NCBI RefSeq assembly: GCF_009914755.1
Contig: NC_060947.1
DNA: 64,000 nucleotides
Source of the DNA: the human T2T-CHM13v2.0 reference genome, Homo sapiens
Direction: 5' to 3' (one strand)
A program made the position numbers and the translations under genes. Positions 26,906 through 40,537 of the stretch are shown here, in pieces (the stretch's first letter is position 1; the number at the start of each line of letters is the position of its first letter). The notes beneath the pieces were generated by a model, which saw only the letters and a program-made list of their open reading frames with translations, made no database searches and was not told the DNA's origin.

Positions 26906-27529
26906 GAGTGAGGAAGCTATATCCTCTGAGGCACAGCTGAAGCTTTGGGTGATTTTCTGAATAGATCTAATTTCAAAATGTCAGGAAAGCTCTTTTTAAA
27001 CATATCAAGGCATGTCATAAGGTATCAGGTGTAGTAGAATCTATTAAGCTTACTCTAGGAGGCTCTACAAAGCAAAACTAGATAGGCCCAATGGAAGGGT
27101 ATCACAGGCAGACAGATTTGGGCTCAATATAGAAAGAGAATTTCCTGGCATTTCAGATTGCATAAAAAATAAAATAAAACTTCCTTGACATCAAATCCTA
27201 TCCTGGAGAATGTGCAGAGGAAACTGAATACACCTTGGCAGGGCAATGGTAGCAGAGTTTCCGGCAATTGTAGGGGGAACAGGCTGGATGACCTCTGAAC
27301 TTGTGGCCAACGTGGAGACTCTCTGGGAACATGACATGGCAGTTGATTTCTTTTGTCTTTTTTTGGCACACAAAAGTTACAACGGTAGCCTATGCCATCT
27401 ATAAATTTAAAACAATATAGAAGGGTATAAAGTAAAACATCAAAGTCTTCCATTTCCTCCACCATCCCAAATCCACTGCTCAGAAGTGACCACTCAGAGT
27501 ATTTTACATGCAACCCTCCAGACATTCAT

Positions 27530-27750
27530 CTGATTACCTACTATGTTTCAGGCACTGTGCTGTACTTTACATTTATTGATTATTTAACCCCAATCTTCAA
27601 CAATCCTGTAAAGTAGGTACAAGCATCCCTGTTTTATAGATGATAAAACTGAGGCTTAGAGAATGGTGCATGGTTAGGACATGCGATAAAGCCAGGAGTT
27701 AAAACAGAGTCAGCTCTGTCTGATTCTAACTCTGGGCTCCTATACATAAC
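27530..27750 (-). mobile_element. MIR SINE
   Basis: cctactatgtttcaggcactgtgct...caacaatcctgtaaagtaggtac..catccctgttttatagatgataaaactgaggcttagaga. Confidence 0.8.
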
Positions 27751-28069
27751 TGCTGCAGATGAAATGGAGATGGGGGTAGACATAGGCAAACATTACTATG
27801 ACGGTTATTTCTTAGTGAAGGATCAATGATCCTGAAACTTTTCAAATTACCAATGGCCATACACAACTTACTGAAAATCAAAATATTTATCACATTCCAG
27901 TGACTTATCAGGTTCCAGGAAGCCACCAGGAATTTCTGCCACCCTGACCCTCGGGGATCTATTTCCAACAGCAGTGACCCTGATCCTCAGGGATCCAATT
28001 CCAGAAATCTGGAGATTTCTGCTTGTCAGAAGTACTTAAGCCCAGCTTTTGGAAATTCAGATTATTCTA

Positions 28070-28255
28070 CAGCAGAAGATTTCAACTCTGACTACACTTT
28101 AAAATCACCTGGTGAACATCTGCAAATTACCTAGGCCAGACCTCATCTCAGCAGTTCTGAATTAATTGGACTAGGAGAGGGTGTGGACACTGGGATTTTA
28201 TAAAAAAGTCTCCTCCAATTCGTTTAATGTACAGCCATATTGAGAACCACTGGTT
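28070..28255. mobile_element. MER5-type hAT-Charlie MITE
   Basis: tttcaactctgactacactttaaaatcacctgg...ttctgaattaattgg...tttaatgtacagccatattgagaaccactg; a second MER5-like half lies at ~28815-28930. Confidence 0.7.
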
Positions 28256-28382
28256 TAAAGCAATAACAAGGCTCTCAAACATGGAAATCACCCTGAGGAT
28301 AAATCAATGCTATAGGCATCTGGATAACCTTGGGAAAACAGGATTCATATAAAAAGTAGTACAGGTGCTGCCATCCTCTACT

Positions 28383-28810
28383 AATAAGCCAGGCACAGAA
28401 AGACAAACTTTGCATTTTCTTACTTATATGCGGAAGCTAAAAAAGTGGATCTCATGAAAACAGAGAGTAGTTTCGTGGTTACCAGAAACCAGGACTTCTG
28501 TGTGTGTGGGGGTGGGGGGTGGGGCGTGGATGAAGAGAGGTTGATTAATGGGTACAATAATACAGTTAGGTAGAAGAAATGAGACCTAGTGTTTGATAAA
28601 TCAGTAGAGTGACATAGTAAACAATCATCTACTGTACATTTCAAAATAACTAGTAGGGAACAATTTGAATATTCCCAGCATAAAGAAAAGCTAAATGTTT
28701 AAGGTGATAGATATCCCAACTATCATGATTTGATTATGACACATTACACAAATGTATTAAAGTATCACATGTACCTTGAAAATATGCAAATTTATTATGT
28801 TTCAATAAAA
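28383..28810 (+). mobile_element. L1MA 3' end fragment
   Basis: aataagccaggcacagaaagacaaa...gatgaagagaggttgattaatgggtacaa...atcacatgtacc..gaaaatatg...tttcaataaaa. Confidence 0.85.
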
Positions 28811-29149
28811 ATGTAAATTTGCAATCCCCACCTCAGAACACAAACTTCAGAAATGGGACTCACACATGTGTGTTTTATCAAGCTCTCCAAGCAATTAGTA
28901 AGCACTCTAAAGTTTGAGAACCACTGATCTATAGAAGAGATTTCAACTCCTTAGGAGGCGCTATAAAACCCTTTACCCTCTAATCCCAATTTCCCTTCCT
29001 AGCCTCATCTCCTCATCTCCTACAGGCAGCCAGTGCACCAAATACTCTCTCTCCAGAGCACAGCATGTTCTTTCCATGAAAATTTAACTCATTTTTAATA
29101 ACCTACACAAATATCTCTCATGTGGAATTTTCTTCCCTGTTTCTTCATT

Positions 29150-29450
29150 CTTCTATTCATTCAATTATTTATTCATTCAGTCAGCAAACATGCAGTAAGC
29201 TCATAGTTGCTAGGTTATGGGGATACAAAGATAAAGAAGCTTACAGTCTAGTGGGAGAGATTAAAACAAAAATGAAAGGTTAAAATATAATGTGGTGAGT
29301 GATACAATAGAGGCAATAGTAGAGTCCTATGGAAGTTGAGTTGAGGCATCCCTAACTCTGCCTGGATGCAGGCAGAGTATTGTTCTGGAAGTCTCAGAAA
29401 GGAGGTGACACCAACAGAGTCCTGAAGGACAGTAAGAAATCTTGAAAGGC
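29150..29450 (-). mobile_element. L2 LINE 3' fragment
   Basis: attcattcagtcagcaaaca...ggggatacaaag...agcttacagtctagtgggagaga. Confidence 0.7.
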
Positions 29451-31945
29451 ATACCAAGGTTTCCCAGACCTTCCTTAAACAGAGTTGGTTCCCTCATCTA
29501 AGCTCACCGTTCTTGCCACTCCTTGACCCATTGCTCACTGGATACCATACTCAACCTGCCACATAAGCCATCTCCTACTTGAGGACCTGGGTGTGCCCCT
29601 CCAATCACCTGAACTGCTCTGGCGTTCTTTTCTGGTAGTTAGTTCCAATGTCTTCCTAATGTGGCTCTTCTACTATGGCCTAGAGTTCTTAATAGTCATG
29701 TCCCTGTTTTGCTACTGAATAAAGTTCTTACAGGCCCCCAGAAAGGCTGGACACCATGACACTGTCCCCGTTATAAGAACATTGCATTCGCAACATAGAA
29801 GGCAGAGGGAGAGTTGCAATATGGAGGCACAAAAAAAGAGCTTTCATCTTCTGTTTAAAGTTAAATGGCCCATTTGAAATTCAGTCTATGACCTTGGCCT
29901 CCTCAGCACTGGGCCCTAGCTAACAGAGAGCTGATTACCCCAGTGCAGGTTTGCTACAAATAATATTTTCAAGGTGCTTCTGTATTAGGGGTAAAACTGT
30001 CCTTTGGAAAAATAGTGTCAGATACTCACTGGTAGCCATGTTGTGTACAATAAACAAGCAGCATATGCATTTACCTCTTTAGAATCACTTGAAATCTGTC
30101 AGAAGGAAACTTTTTAGAAACTGCTTCATAGGCAGTGTTTAAGACCAACACGATCAAGCTGAGTGGAGGCACTGAACACCTCAGGACTCCAGAGGATATA
30201 TTTCCTGCTCACTTAGTCTCTGGTTGTTTAACAAAAGCAATGTCTTATAATCCTCAGTGCAACGATCTGCAACTTGAAAGCATCTTAGTTTTCCAACTGT
30301 GGGGAACTAAAGGTATTTCAAGAAGTGATTTTTAAATATTCCTAGACTTGAACCAACTAAAGATAGCCAATGCAAATAAACACAACATTGAAAGTCAAAA
30401 CGTAATTTACCTTCTGTTGCTACACAACTAGGCCAAGAATACAGCAGCTTACCTCCCTTCTGCCTTGCTGAAGTAGGCATTAGTCCCTGGAAGCTCACTC
30501 AGCAGGCAAATGGAATGGAAAATAACTGCTGTGTGGTGGCAAGAAGGCCCTTGAAGGATCCCATTTGCCCTCTGCCCCTAAGTAAATTCCTTTTTACCAT
30601 GCCTGAGAATCTTCCATTCTAACTTCATTCTTCTGAGTTCCATAAAGCTTTTCAGCCTTCCAGAGTCCTCTGTGAATTAAACATGAGAATCCTGGGAAGG
30701 CATCAAAGCACAAACCCTTCCAGTTATCATGTACCAGGAAGAGGGTAAATGAGGACCACAAAGGATCTTCTGGCACTGTATTCTAGTGAGGAGGTACTGA
30801 GAGGAGAAGCAAGATACTGCAGAAGATATGACTATTGAGCTAATCTGGGCATAGCTGAGCCAGAATAAGATTGCATAAAAGATTTCATTGAGCCTACTTG
30901 TGTTTGCCATTTCCAGGAGAGGACTTTTTTTAAGTTGTCTTGAAGTCCAAATTTGAAGGCTGGGTAATGACAACTCCAGAGTTTTTGGCCCCATGCCTAA
31001 CTTGTGGCTCCCCAGATCTGTTGGGATTTTTCAGACCCTCTGTGTGGTTCCTTTGTGCCTATCTCAAATAGCTCCTTTTTTCTAAGCTCAGTTGTAAGGT
31101 TGCAACTCTGAGTCTACATGGATTCTGCCAAATTCTGCCCTGATTCCAAGAAGGAAATGCACATCCGGAAAGGGCTAAGAAGAGCAGCAAGATTTTGCTC
31201 ACAAAATCAGGATCTATTTCTTCATGTCTGAAATCCCAAGCTTTTCTCTCCTTATTTAGCAAAAATAGTAACTGGGTCAAATATAGAAAACTCACCACCT
31301 CTCCCTTTTATTTACTTCTCCATCTGTGTACAGGCTTCATCAATGATGACAGTGGGAATCGGCTTGGCTTTTGAGCTCTGGTTTGTTAGCTATTTGATAT
31401 GAGGAAGCAGCTGGGAGAATATATACACATGTCATTCCTGGGCCACATTCCAGGGGGGCCCGCCATTGGGCTTTTCCTCATTTGCAGAAGCGAGAGACTG
31501 TTCTGGAAGTTGGTTACAGAACCCTTAGAAAAGATGCCTTCCCTCTTTTGCTTTTTTTAAAAAAAAAAAAAAAACATACATGGAAGCATTTTAATAATAT
31601 GTATTGTGTCTTTCTTCTAAATACAAAAGTAATAAATGCCCACTCCAGATCACAGTGCTGCGAAAACACAGTAAAACAAAGTAAAATAAAAGTAATCCAT
31701 AATGCCACTACCATAAATTAACCATAATGATTATTTTTGTTTATGTCTTTCTGGGATTTTTCTCTGCATACCTATGAAAATAAAGAAAATTATTAGTTAT
31801 TCATAATCTTCCCATGCTTTTCAGTAATTTCTAAGCAAGGTGGATGCTGAGAAAAAGTCATTGAGTCATTTCTTCCATTTCCTGTACACAACAAAGCAAA
31901 GTTGAAGATGAAGAGGAGACTTAGCTTGTTCTGCCTAAGAACAGA

Positions 31946-32255
31946 CTAGAGCTGTGTTGTCCAATACAATGGCCACGAACCACATAGGGGTAACTTAGGA
32001 TCTCTATTATTAAATAAAATGTTAAAAATACATTTCTTCAGTTACACCAGCCACATTTCAAGTGCTTAATTGCCTTGTGTGGTTAATTTAAATCAGTTAA
32101 AATTAAATACAATTAAAAATATATTTTCTCAGTTAGACCAGCCACACTTCAAGTGCTCAATAGCCACATGTGGCTAGTGGCTGCCACACTGGGCAGAGCA
32201 GTTCATAGTACCTTTTGATCACTGCAGAAAATTCTATTGGATATGCTAGACTAGA
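31946..32255. mobile_element. MER33/MER3-type hAT-Charlie elements
   Basis: ctgtgttgtccaatacaatggccac...ccagccacacttcaagtgctcaatagccacatgtggctagtggct...cactgcagaaaattctattgga. Confidence 0.75.
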
Positions 32256-35200
32256 GAAGCACAGAAGGCTGTATGGTGGTGATGGTGGTGATGGTGGTGG
32301 TGATGATGTTAGAGGCGGAAAAAGAGGAGATGATTCTGCCAGTAGAAAGGGAGTCACTGAACGTGTTTGAGACAAAGAGAAGGGAGAACAGCAGCTTCAG
32401 AAGGACATTGGTGGGAAAGAGAAACGTTTAAAGGGAAGGCTGTCTGACATATGAAATAACTTCATCCCTATGACATTTTCTTATAAAATCTTTGAGAAAA
32501 CCTATGTCATTTATTTATATTTAGATTTGGATTTGTGGGTGTGTGTTTTTACATGTGATATATGTTACTGACCTCAAAGCGGACATCTAGAAAAAGCAAG
32601 TTTGGCCTACATTCGGGTTATGTAAGATATACATGGGTATATAAAACAAATGAGACATGAGATTTTAGAAGAATGTATTGTCTTGTTTCTTGCTCTTATT
32701 CACTTAGCAATGTAAGAAACATTTCTCATGTTCATCTTTTATATACACATACAATCAATTAAATACATATATAATTATATATACAACAAACACATATTCC
32801 TTTAAGAAATATTTCTAGACGTCAAATAGGTTGGGATAGAAGATATACACAATTTTAATACTCTCAACATATTATTTTGACATTGTTCTCCAGAGCAGAT
32901 ACAACAACATAATTGCCCACAGTAATGTATGCACATTCCCATTTCTTCACATGCTCATCAAAACTATATATTTTTATTCTTTTTATTTTTTGAAGTTTTC
33001 AGAGGCAAAAACATAGTATTTGTTTGAATTAGAAGTATTTTTGAGGTTTCTCTAATCACGTGCGGAAAGAACAATGTCAATGCTAACACTAATATCATCT
33101 TTAGTCTCTCAAAGCATCATGGGGAAACCTCTCCATGAAATCTGAAAGAGGTACCCTAAACCAAACAACCTCTTATAATTCAATTCAAACAAATCTCTTC
33201 TGACTTAAATCTCCAAATCACTTGGTGCCTCTATGAGAACACTTAGTAATCTGCTTGTACTAAATATATTTATATACATCTCCATTTATCCCCACTGGAT
33301 CAGGATTATATTTCATTCCCTTGTGAACAACTTTGGGACTTAGCACAATGTTTTATATACAAAGACAGTGAAGGACGTATATATTAAGTTGAAGAGCTTT
33401 TGCTCTTCTTTGAAACCTTGAGCTTCTGATGGGGAAATACAGAGACATGGTGCTGACGGTACCAGAACTGTTTTTAATCCTAATTCTTCTCTTTTGAGCT
33501 TCGGTTTCTCTCTATATAAAATGAGAGAGTTAACCCAGCTGATGTTTCTGATCTGTTACAGATCTAAAACAATTGTATTCCAAGGCCCCAAGTGTGTGTA
33601 GGGATTGAGTGGGATAGGGTGAGAGAGGTGTGTGTCTTCACATGAGTCTATGCATGCAAGTGTGTGTGTAGGAAGAGGAGAGGAGTGATTAATTGATGTT
33701 CCCTCCTCTCTGCTGGGAGCCCTTAGAGATAAGGGAAAAGAAGAGACAGCAACAGGTTTGAACACCAATTAGATAAGACTTCATGATATACAAGCACACC
33801 CTAATAAATTGTTTTGTGATGCCTGCTCTGGGCCTTGGGGAGAAAAGTTCCCATGATTCTTTTAGAAGCTGAAGGTCATATCAAAGTGCCAACGTTTGCA
33901 TTGTTCTTTCTGTACTGAAGTTGCAACCAAAAAAGGAACTCTGTGTAGCTTAGTTCTTGATTAAAAGCAGCAAGATCATTTCCAACATGAGTTAGTAGCC
34001 CCCTGAGGCTGACATTGAATAGTTCTAATATTTTGGAGTCTCTATTCTAATTATCATTCTGAACAAGTTTTATGCCAAGGACAGAACATTTCATCGGTGG
34101 AATATCTAGGTGCTATGGCCTCACGAATAAATGACTGCCTGGCTGGTTGTTGGAGATTTTGTGTGGTAATAAGGGTTTTCAGAAGGGCATGTCTTTATCC
34201 TAATAAGGAGATAGTTATTCTTCAAATAATACACCACGAGCATCCCACATCCCAGTCACAGACAAGGCTGTTTTAAGGCATGAACACAACATCAGGTTTG
34301 TACCTTATACTGTAGCCTGAAGGAATCTATTTTTCTGCCTTTTTCTTGGGTCAAATAGAGAGTTCATTGAATTGGGGAGACTTTCTGCAGATTCATTGTG
34401 AAGAGTCACACTTATTCCTGCAAGATGCAGAACTTGAGAACACAAAGAACATTGAAAATTATTGTTCAGATGGGTTAACTGAGGTCCTGGAGGCAGAAAA
34501 GATTTTTCCAAGGTCTCAGAGATGGTAAAGGGGCAGACCAGGACTCGAAACCAAGTATTGACTCTCAGTTCAGTAGCAAATGCTGAGGAGCTCCCCTGCC
34601 CCTATTTCATCCATGCCACCCATACTGATTGGTTACTTACTGTGTGCCTGGCACAGTGATAGGTATTAGGGAGACCTATGGGAACAGGGCAGATCTGTCT
34701 CTCTGGATGCTTTCTGGCATGGGTGCTTCCTGAATTACTAAGATACTACTTGGCTGAGCTCTGAACTCACATTTGAGGACCATTTGCACCAGGACCAAAA
34801 ATATCAGTATTTTCTTACTATCAAGAGTCCATAGGCCTTTGTATTGGTGACTGAGTGACTTCCAGTTGTCCCTTTATTTGTTCCATCCACTCAGCGAAGT
34901 ACAAAGGACTAGGAGACATTTACATTCTTCTTTGCTGAGAAATTTCAAAAAATACAGTGTCTTTGTAAACTGCATTATGGGAACACTAAAATAAAACTAG
35001 CATTCATTCTGTCAGGGACATCAGTGCCAAACATGGATTTTACCAAATTCACAGTGCCTTCGAGGTCACATTTTTATTAGTTGAAAAATGCTTAGTATGT
35101 TTCAGGAGGAAGGAGAAAAACCAAATTATTCCATCAAGTCAGAAGCTCTAAGTGACTGAGCAAAGACCAGAACTTTAGGCCTGCTTGACTCCACAGAGTC

Positions 35201-36898
35201 CACACGAGAAATGTCAGCAGGAACTTGGGCAATGGCTGTGGGAAGAAGAAGAACAAACATCTCCAAGATAGGATCATCAGGACTAATGGGTCTGTGTTAA
35301 CTCAGTAGTCATGCATCCCTCAGATATTTATTGAGCCTTGCTATGGGCCAAGCCTGTGCATTCCAGTAATATTTACTTCTGTAGCACCCCTTAAATTGTG
35401 ATTTGTCTGTAGTTCTACAGATATGCCTCATCTCTTAAACTAGAAAGTAAGCTCTTTGAAGTCAGATGCTATGGTTTATATGTCTTTGTACCCACCTCCC
35501 ACAATGACTGTGGAGAAAAAGTTCTAAAATACTGGAGAGGGAGGGGTTAAGTGATGTACAGAAGAGCCACGTTTTTTTCCAGCTGTCCTGAAGAATTATT
35601 GAGTACAGAACATGGCAATGCTGTCCAGAACATCCCAACTGGAAAACTTCCTACTGACTATTCCTATGTTTATCTCACACTCAGCATTCTGTTTGTTCCC
35701 ACTCACCCCAACAGTCACCTCATCGTTGCCTTGATCTGCTCCCTTGTATATTACTTATATTAAAATAAGTTAGTTCCCTGAGGATTGTTAGCTCCTTGGG
35801 GACTATGTGTCATTAATCTGTGTTCACTCTTCCCCATAGAACCTAGTGCACTTGCACATACTACGTGAACAATAAATATTTTTTAAATAAAACATAATAA
35901 CAGTGACAGGTTAATAGCAGATATGCCACAGGCCATGGATCTTCATTGTGCTGGTTTGCCTTTTTTCCAAATGGACCATATCCTAAATGGAGTTCTTCAT
36001 TTACCAAATCCAATCTCACTGCAATCTCCTTTATATTTGTCCTTGGCATCAATAGCACAAAGAATCTTCCAGTCTCCCCAGCTGGGTACTTTGGGGGTGT
36101 CTTTGATGAAAATAAGATGTGAATAGCAATACATCAAAACTGAACTATTTAACAGACATTTGGAAACTGATGCAGAGGTGGAAGAGTCCTGCTCTTCCTC
36201 TGAGACTGGAGAGAAGAATGAGATAACATGTATAGAGATGAGTTGAGGTAGAGATAAGAGGATATATAAAGGACTCAATCTCAGCAAAGTAGGAGAGGTA
36301 ATCTGCTAAGGCTGGGGGTGGAGGCTTGAGGAAGGAAGGGGAACTCTGGAATAACTGGTGTCAGGAACTCCCTTGCGTATTGACAAGATTGAAATTCTGC
36401 ATCAAGGATCCTGAATCAACATGACATCCTCAAATAAAGGTCCCAGTGTTTGTAGTTCTTGAAAAATGACTGTAGGAACTGACTAAATTAAGTATTCTTC
36501 TTAGACAATTCATGGGTATAAGATGGATGTTCCTTGTGTAGAGTGGCCCATTTAAACAGGTCCCATTTAAAGTTAAGTTAGGACACAGCTATTCTAGATA
36601 CAGTATAAGATGATTTTCTTTTGCAATTCCTCCATTTGAGTTTTAGGATGGGATAGAAAGTCAATTTCTAAACATTAACCTTTTTTATCATTAATTTTAC
36701 TTGCTGAAATATGCTAACTCATATTATTGTTCTGACCTCTTCCAACCTTTGGCTTTATGTAGGTCATTTTTACCCTCTTATTTTTAAGACAAAGACACGG
36801 CCACACAAAAAAAGGTAGAGCTTAGTAAATTATTATATGAATAATACCCTTATAAACACTACCAGCTTAAAAAATGACCGGTCACCCCACAAGTTTCT

Positions 36899-37086
36899 CC
36901 AAATGCCCAGTCATGAATACAGCCTCTTCTCTCCCTCAAGATGTAAATAGTATCCTGAACTTTATACTAATCATTTCACTGCACTCTTTATGCCAAATGC
37001 CCAGTCATGAATACAGCCTCTTCTCTCCCTCAAGATGTAAATAGTATCCTGAACTTTATACTAATCATTTCACTGCACTCTTTATG
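36899..37086 (+). repeat. Perfect 2 x 94-bp tandem duplication
   Basis: 36899-36992 is identical by eye to 36993-37086. Confidence 0.95.
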
Positions 37087-40083
37087 GTTCCATCACCCAA
37101 AGGTGAATTGCTAGACACTATAATATAATCTTAACCATTTAAAAAAACCTGATATGTCTTGTAAACTTATGTTAATCTATAGGTTCTTCCTCTGTCCATT
37201 TCTTTTCCCTAACATTTATATGCTACAGAACCCAGGCTATTTTACCCATAGAGGCTCCCACAGTCTGCATGTTGCTGATTACATACTCATGGTGCACTTC
37301 AATATGCTCCTCTGTATTTACTGGTGGATCCTGGTCTTGTTCAGTCTCAGGTTTTCACTTTTTTTGTTGTCTGCAGACATTGATGTTCAGTTGCAAAATG
37401 AACACATTCTATAATTTTATTTTCATTTATTGGTTGGAATGATATTTTTATTGAGATATAATTTATATACCATAAAAGTAACCATTTTAAAATATACAAT
37501 TCCATGATTTTTAGTATATTTACAAAGTTGTGCCATCATCACTCTGTTTATTGTTGTTATTGCTCTTTGTTTAATCACTTTTCTGAACTAATTTTGTAAA
37601 ATCTGCATTCTTTGCTGTGTGTGGTCAAGTGGTCACCAAAATCTGCTGCGTTAGTTTGGTGATCAGTTAATGATTAGACAGAGATTTCCTTAAATGCCTG
37701 GAAATAATAAGCCTTCCGGTCTTTTCCTAGAGGCTCTGTGTGTGTGTGCTGGGACATGCTTTCAATTCCCAGTCAGGCGGTTTTCAACTATGCCTTAGCC
37801 TCCCCTTCCTCCTTGTGCAATGTTAGCTAGCATGGACAGTGCGAGGCTTTCTTACTGAGCATGTGCACAGTTTTACAAATGTGTGCATCCTTCTAGATTC
37901 TCAGGAATATGTTGTAGCTTTTCAAAGTTCCTACTGACATCTCATTCCCCCGCTTTTCCTTTTAAGCTTTTTGGTTAGCCAATTGTTTACCCCATTTGTC
38001 ATCCACTACTTCAGGAAGATTCAAACTTAAACAATTGTCTTCCAATATTTTCAACACACTTCTCCAGGGAAGGGGCATTTTGCACTAGGTGATCTCTATT
38101 CCAGGTCTAATAAAGACACTCTTGCAAGTGAAGTCTTCCAGGAAACCACCAGACACTTCAAATAACCACAATTCTCTAGGAAAGGAACTTTGATGGAGCA
38201 CCAACTCTGTTCTGCCCCATCTAGTGGCTGTCAAGATGCTAGTTTCCACTGTGATTGGAGGCTGTTTGCTTTCAAGGCTACCACGAAAATGAAGACGGGG
38301 GATAGACATAAGAATGGGAAAATGCCACAAAGCTCACTGTTCTTACTGAGATTAAGCCATTTTCTTGAACAAAGCTTCCTTTTTTCTAGTTGCTTGTTAA
38401 TTTCCAGAGTTCTAAAAGCATCAATTCTGACATTTCTTTTGCTAATTTTCTTCTATCAAGAAGGAAGAGAGACTTTTCAGAGGTCTTTACCATTTTTGCT
38501 GATATCTGATGATGGAAATGATTTTATTAAAAAAAAAAGCTTTCTCTCATCCTATATAGGAAAGATAATAAATGCTGGATTCCTTTTTTTTTTGCCCATT
38601 TCCTATCATCCTTAAAAGACCATCAATTATTATTTTTTAAAACAATTATGAACTTATTAAATAATCCTATTTGATGGTTTTCAACTCATTGAAATTCTTG
38701 TAATTATTGTAGCACAATCTGTAACTTTGGCCAGAGAGAATTTATTTAAGTGGGCTCCCAAGTCTTTTTGGCATGACACTGGCATTACTTAATAGTTTCC
38801 TATCAAGGATATTAGGATGTTTGGGTTTTATCTTGTTCATTTCCTGCCTCAGACCTGCAATCAACTATTTTTTTCCCAAGAGCTCTGGATTCTTTTGGGC
38901 ACCAGGGATGCTCACTGCTAATAGATTCATCATTGTTTCTAAACCTTTTTAGTGTACCAAGCAAGGGAATATATATTTAAAGACAAAATATCTCATGTTT
39001 TCATACTGATATCTCTAATTTAAATTCAGGATGACATGGTTTTTAATCTCTTTTATATTCCATTTGTATTTCCTTTCTTCCACATTAAGAATCAATTTTC
39101 TCACTGACACAGAGATGATAGACTTGAAACACTGTTTCTCAATATTTTATTCATTAATGACCCCCCAAATAGCCTTTGATATATGTTTTTCCTAATAGCC
39201 CTCCACCATTAAATTTTAATACCATAGACATACTGTATATTTGTTACCATACTATATGTATATCTGCACTTTGTATATATCTGCACTTTATGCACTTCCT
39301 TGTTTATATATAACAACTTGATGACTTTTTTCACTCCCCAAGAATCATTCTTTGACCTCTTGAGAGTAATATTAGTCCCATTGAGAATACATGACTTAGG
39401 ACATTCTGTATTTACTCATTTGCTTTTTTCCATGTACACACACAATAATATCTGTATAACAATACTATTATGGTCTCTGCCAATATGGTTATTGAAAATA
39501 ATTTAAGCATTTTGCATGTGCTAACCCCTTTCTTCTCCAATTTTTTTTCTATTGTACTATATCTAAAATGCCTCATCATATAGCCATACTATACTCTCTC
39601 CTAACTCTCATTTAGACTTAATTCTAGGAGTAATTATATATTTAATGCATGTCACCAATACTTATGTTAATATCTATCTAGAGATGTCTAATAAATTTTA
39701 CTTGTTTAACATTCACTTTCCATTATTTTCCTCAGAAAGCACTTACGCAAACAAGTATTTTAGCTCCAATACATTGCCGACAATTTGTTCATCGTATACA
39801 GGAAGACCTGTTTTCGTGGACATAAAATTCCTGGTTCACATGTTATTTTCCTTACATACCTTAAAAATATTATTCAATTATCTTGTGGCATAAATCATTG
39901 CTGTTGAAAAGTCTAATGACAGTCTGATTTTATTTTTCCTTATAAGCCTTGCTTTATTTAGGATGCTTGAAGTTTTTATCAATTTCTTTAACACCCAGTA
40001 ACTTTAGTAGAACATATTCCTTGTTTGTCATTCTCAGTCAGTATTCTCAGGTATGCAATGAGTGTGCTTTTTCAATGTGTAGT

Positions 40084-40114
<31 letters not shown>

Positions 40115-40440
40115 ATAAGTATGTGTGTGTACATGTATTTTTTGTGAGTATCTGTTCTGTTCACTTGCTTCAGTTTCCTTTCACGGATTTCTATTATCTG
40201 TATGTTGGATCATTTTTCTTACCTTCCATTCTTATAATTTTCTTTCAAGTTATTTCATATTTTCACTTATGTTTATTTTTTTAAAGTTTTACCTTTTAAT
40301 TTTGTGTTTCTGGTAAGACATTATTTATTGTACTTATTCTCTTTTGTATTTCTTCTAGTTTAGTCTTCATTTCTATTTTTTTTTTTTTAATTCTTGAGTT
40401 TGGCTACCCAATTTTTGAGTTTTTCTAATTATTATTTGTT

Positions 40441-40537
40441 CAGATACTCCTTGACTTACAATAGGGTTATGTCCGAATAAACCCATCATAAAGTTGAAAA
40501 ACTGTAAGTCAAACCATTATAAGTTGGGGGCTGTCTG
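40441..40537. mobile_element. Short Tigger4/Zombi-derived MITE
   Basis: Imperfect terminal inverted repeats cagatactccttgacttacaat / attataagttgggggctgtctg; TA follows the right end. Confidence 0.75.

Noticed and set aside
32274-32310. (GGT/GAT)n tract giving a proline-rich minus-strand ORF
   Set aside because: Short trinucleotide microsatellite next to a MER element.
36899-37086. Tandem repeats as a CRISPR-like or other array system
   Set aside because: Only two copies, no spacers, mammalian context; no repeat-spacer array was seen anywhere in the window.
39254-39298. Small repeat tatatctgcacttt x2
   Set aside because: Trivial slippage duplication in old L1-like sequence.
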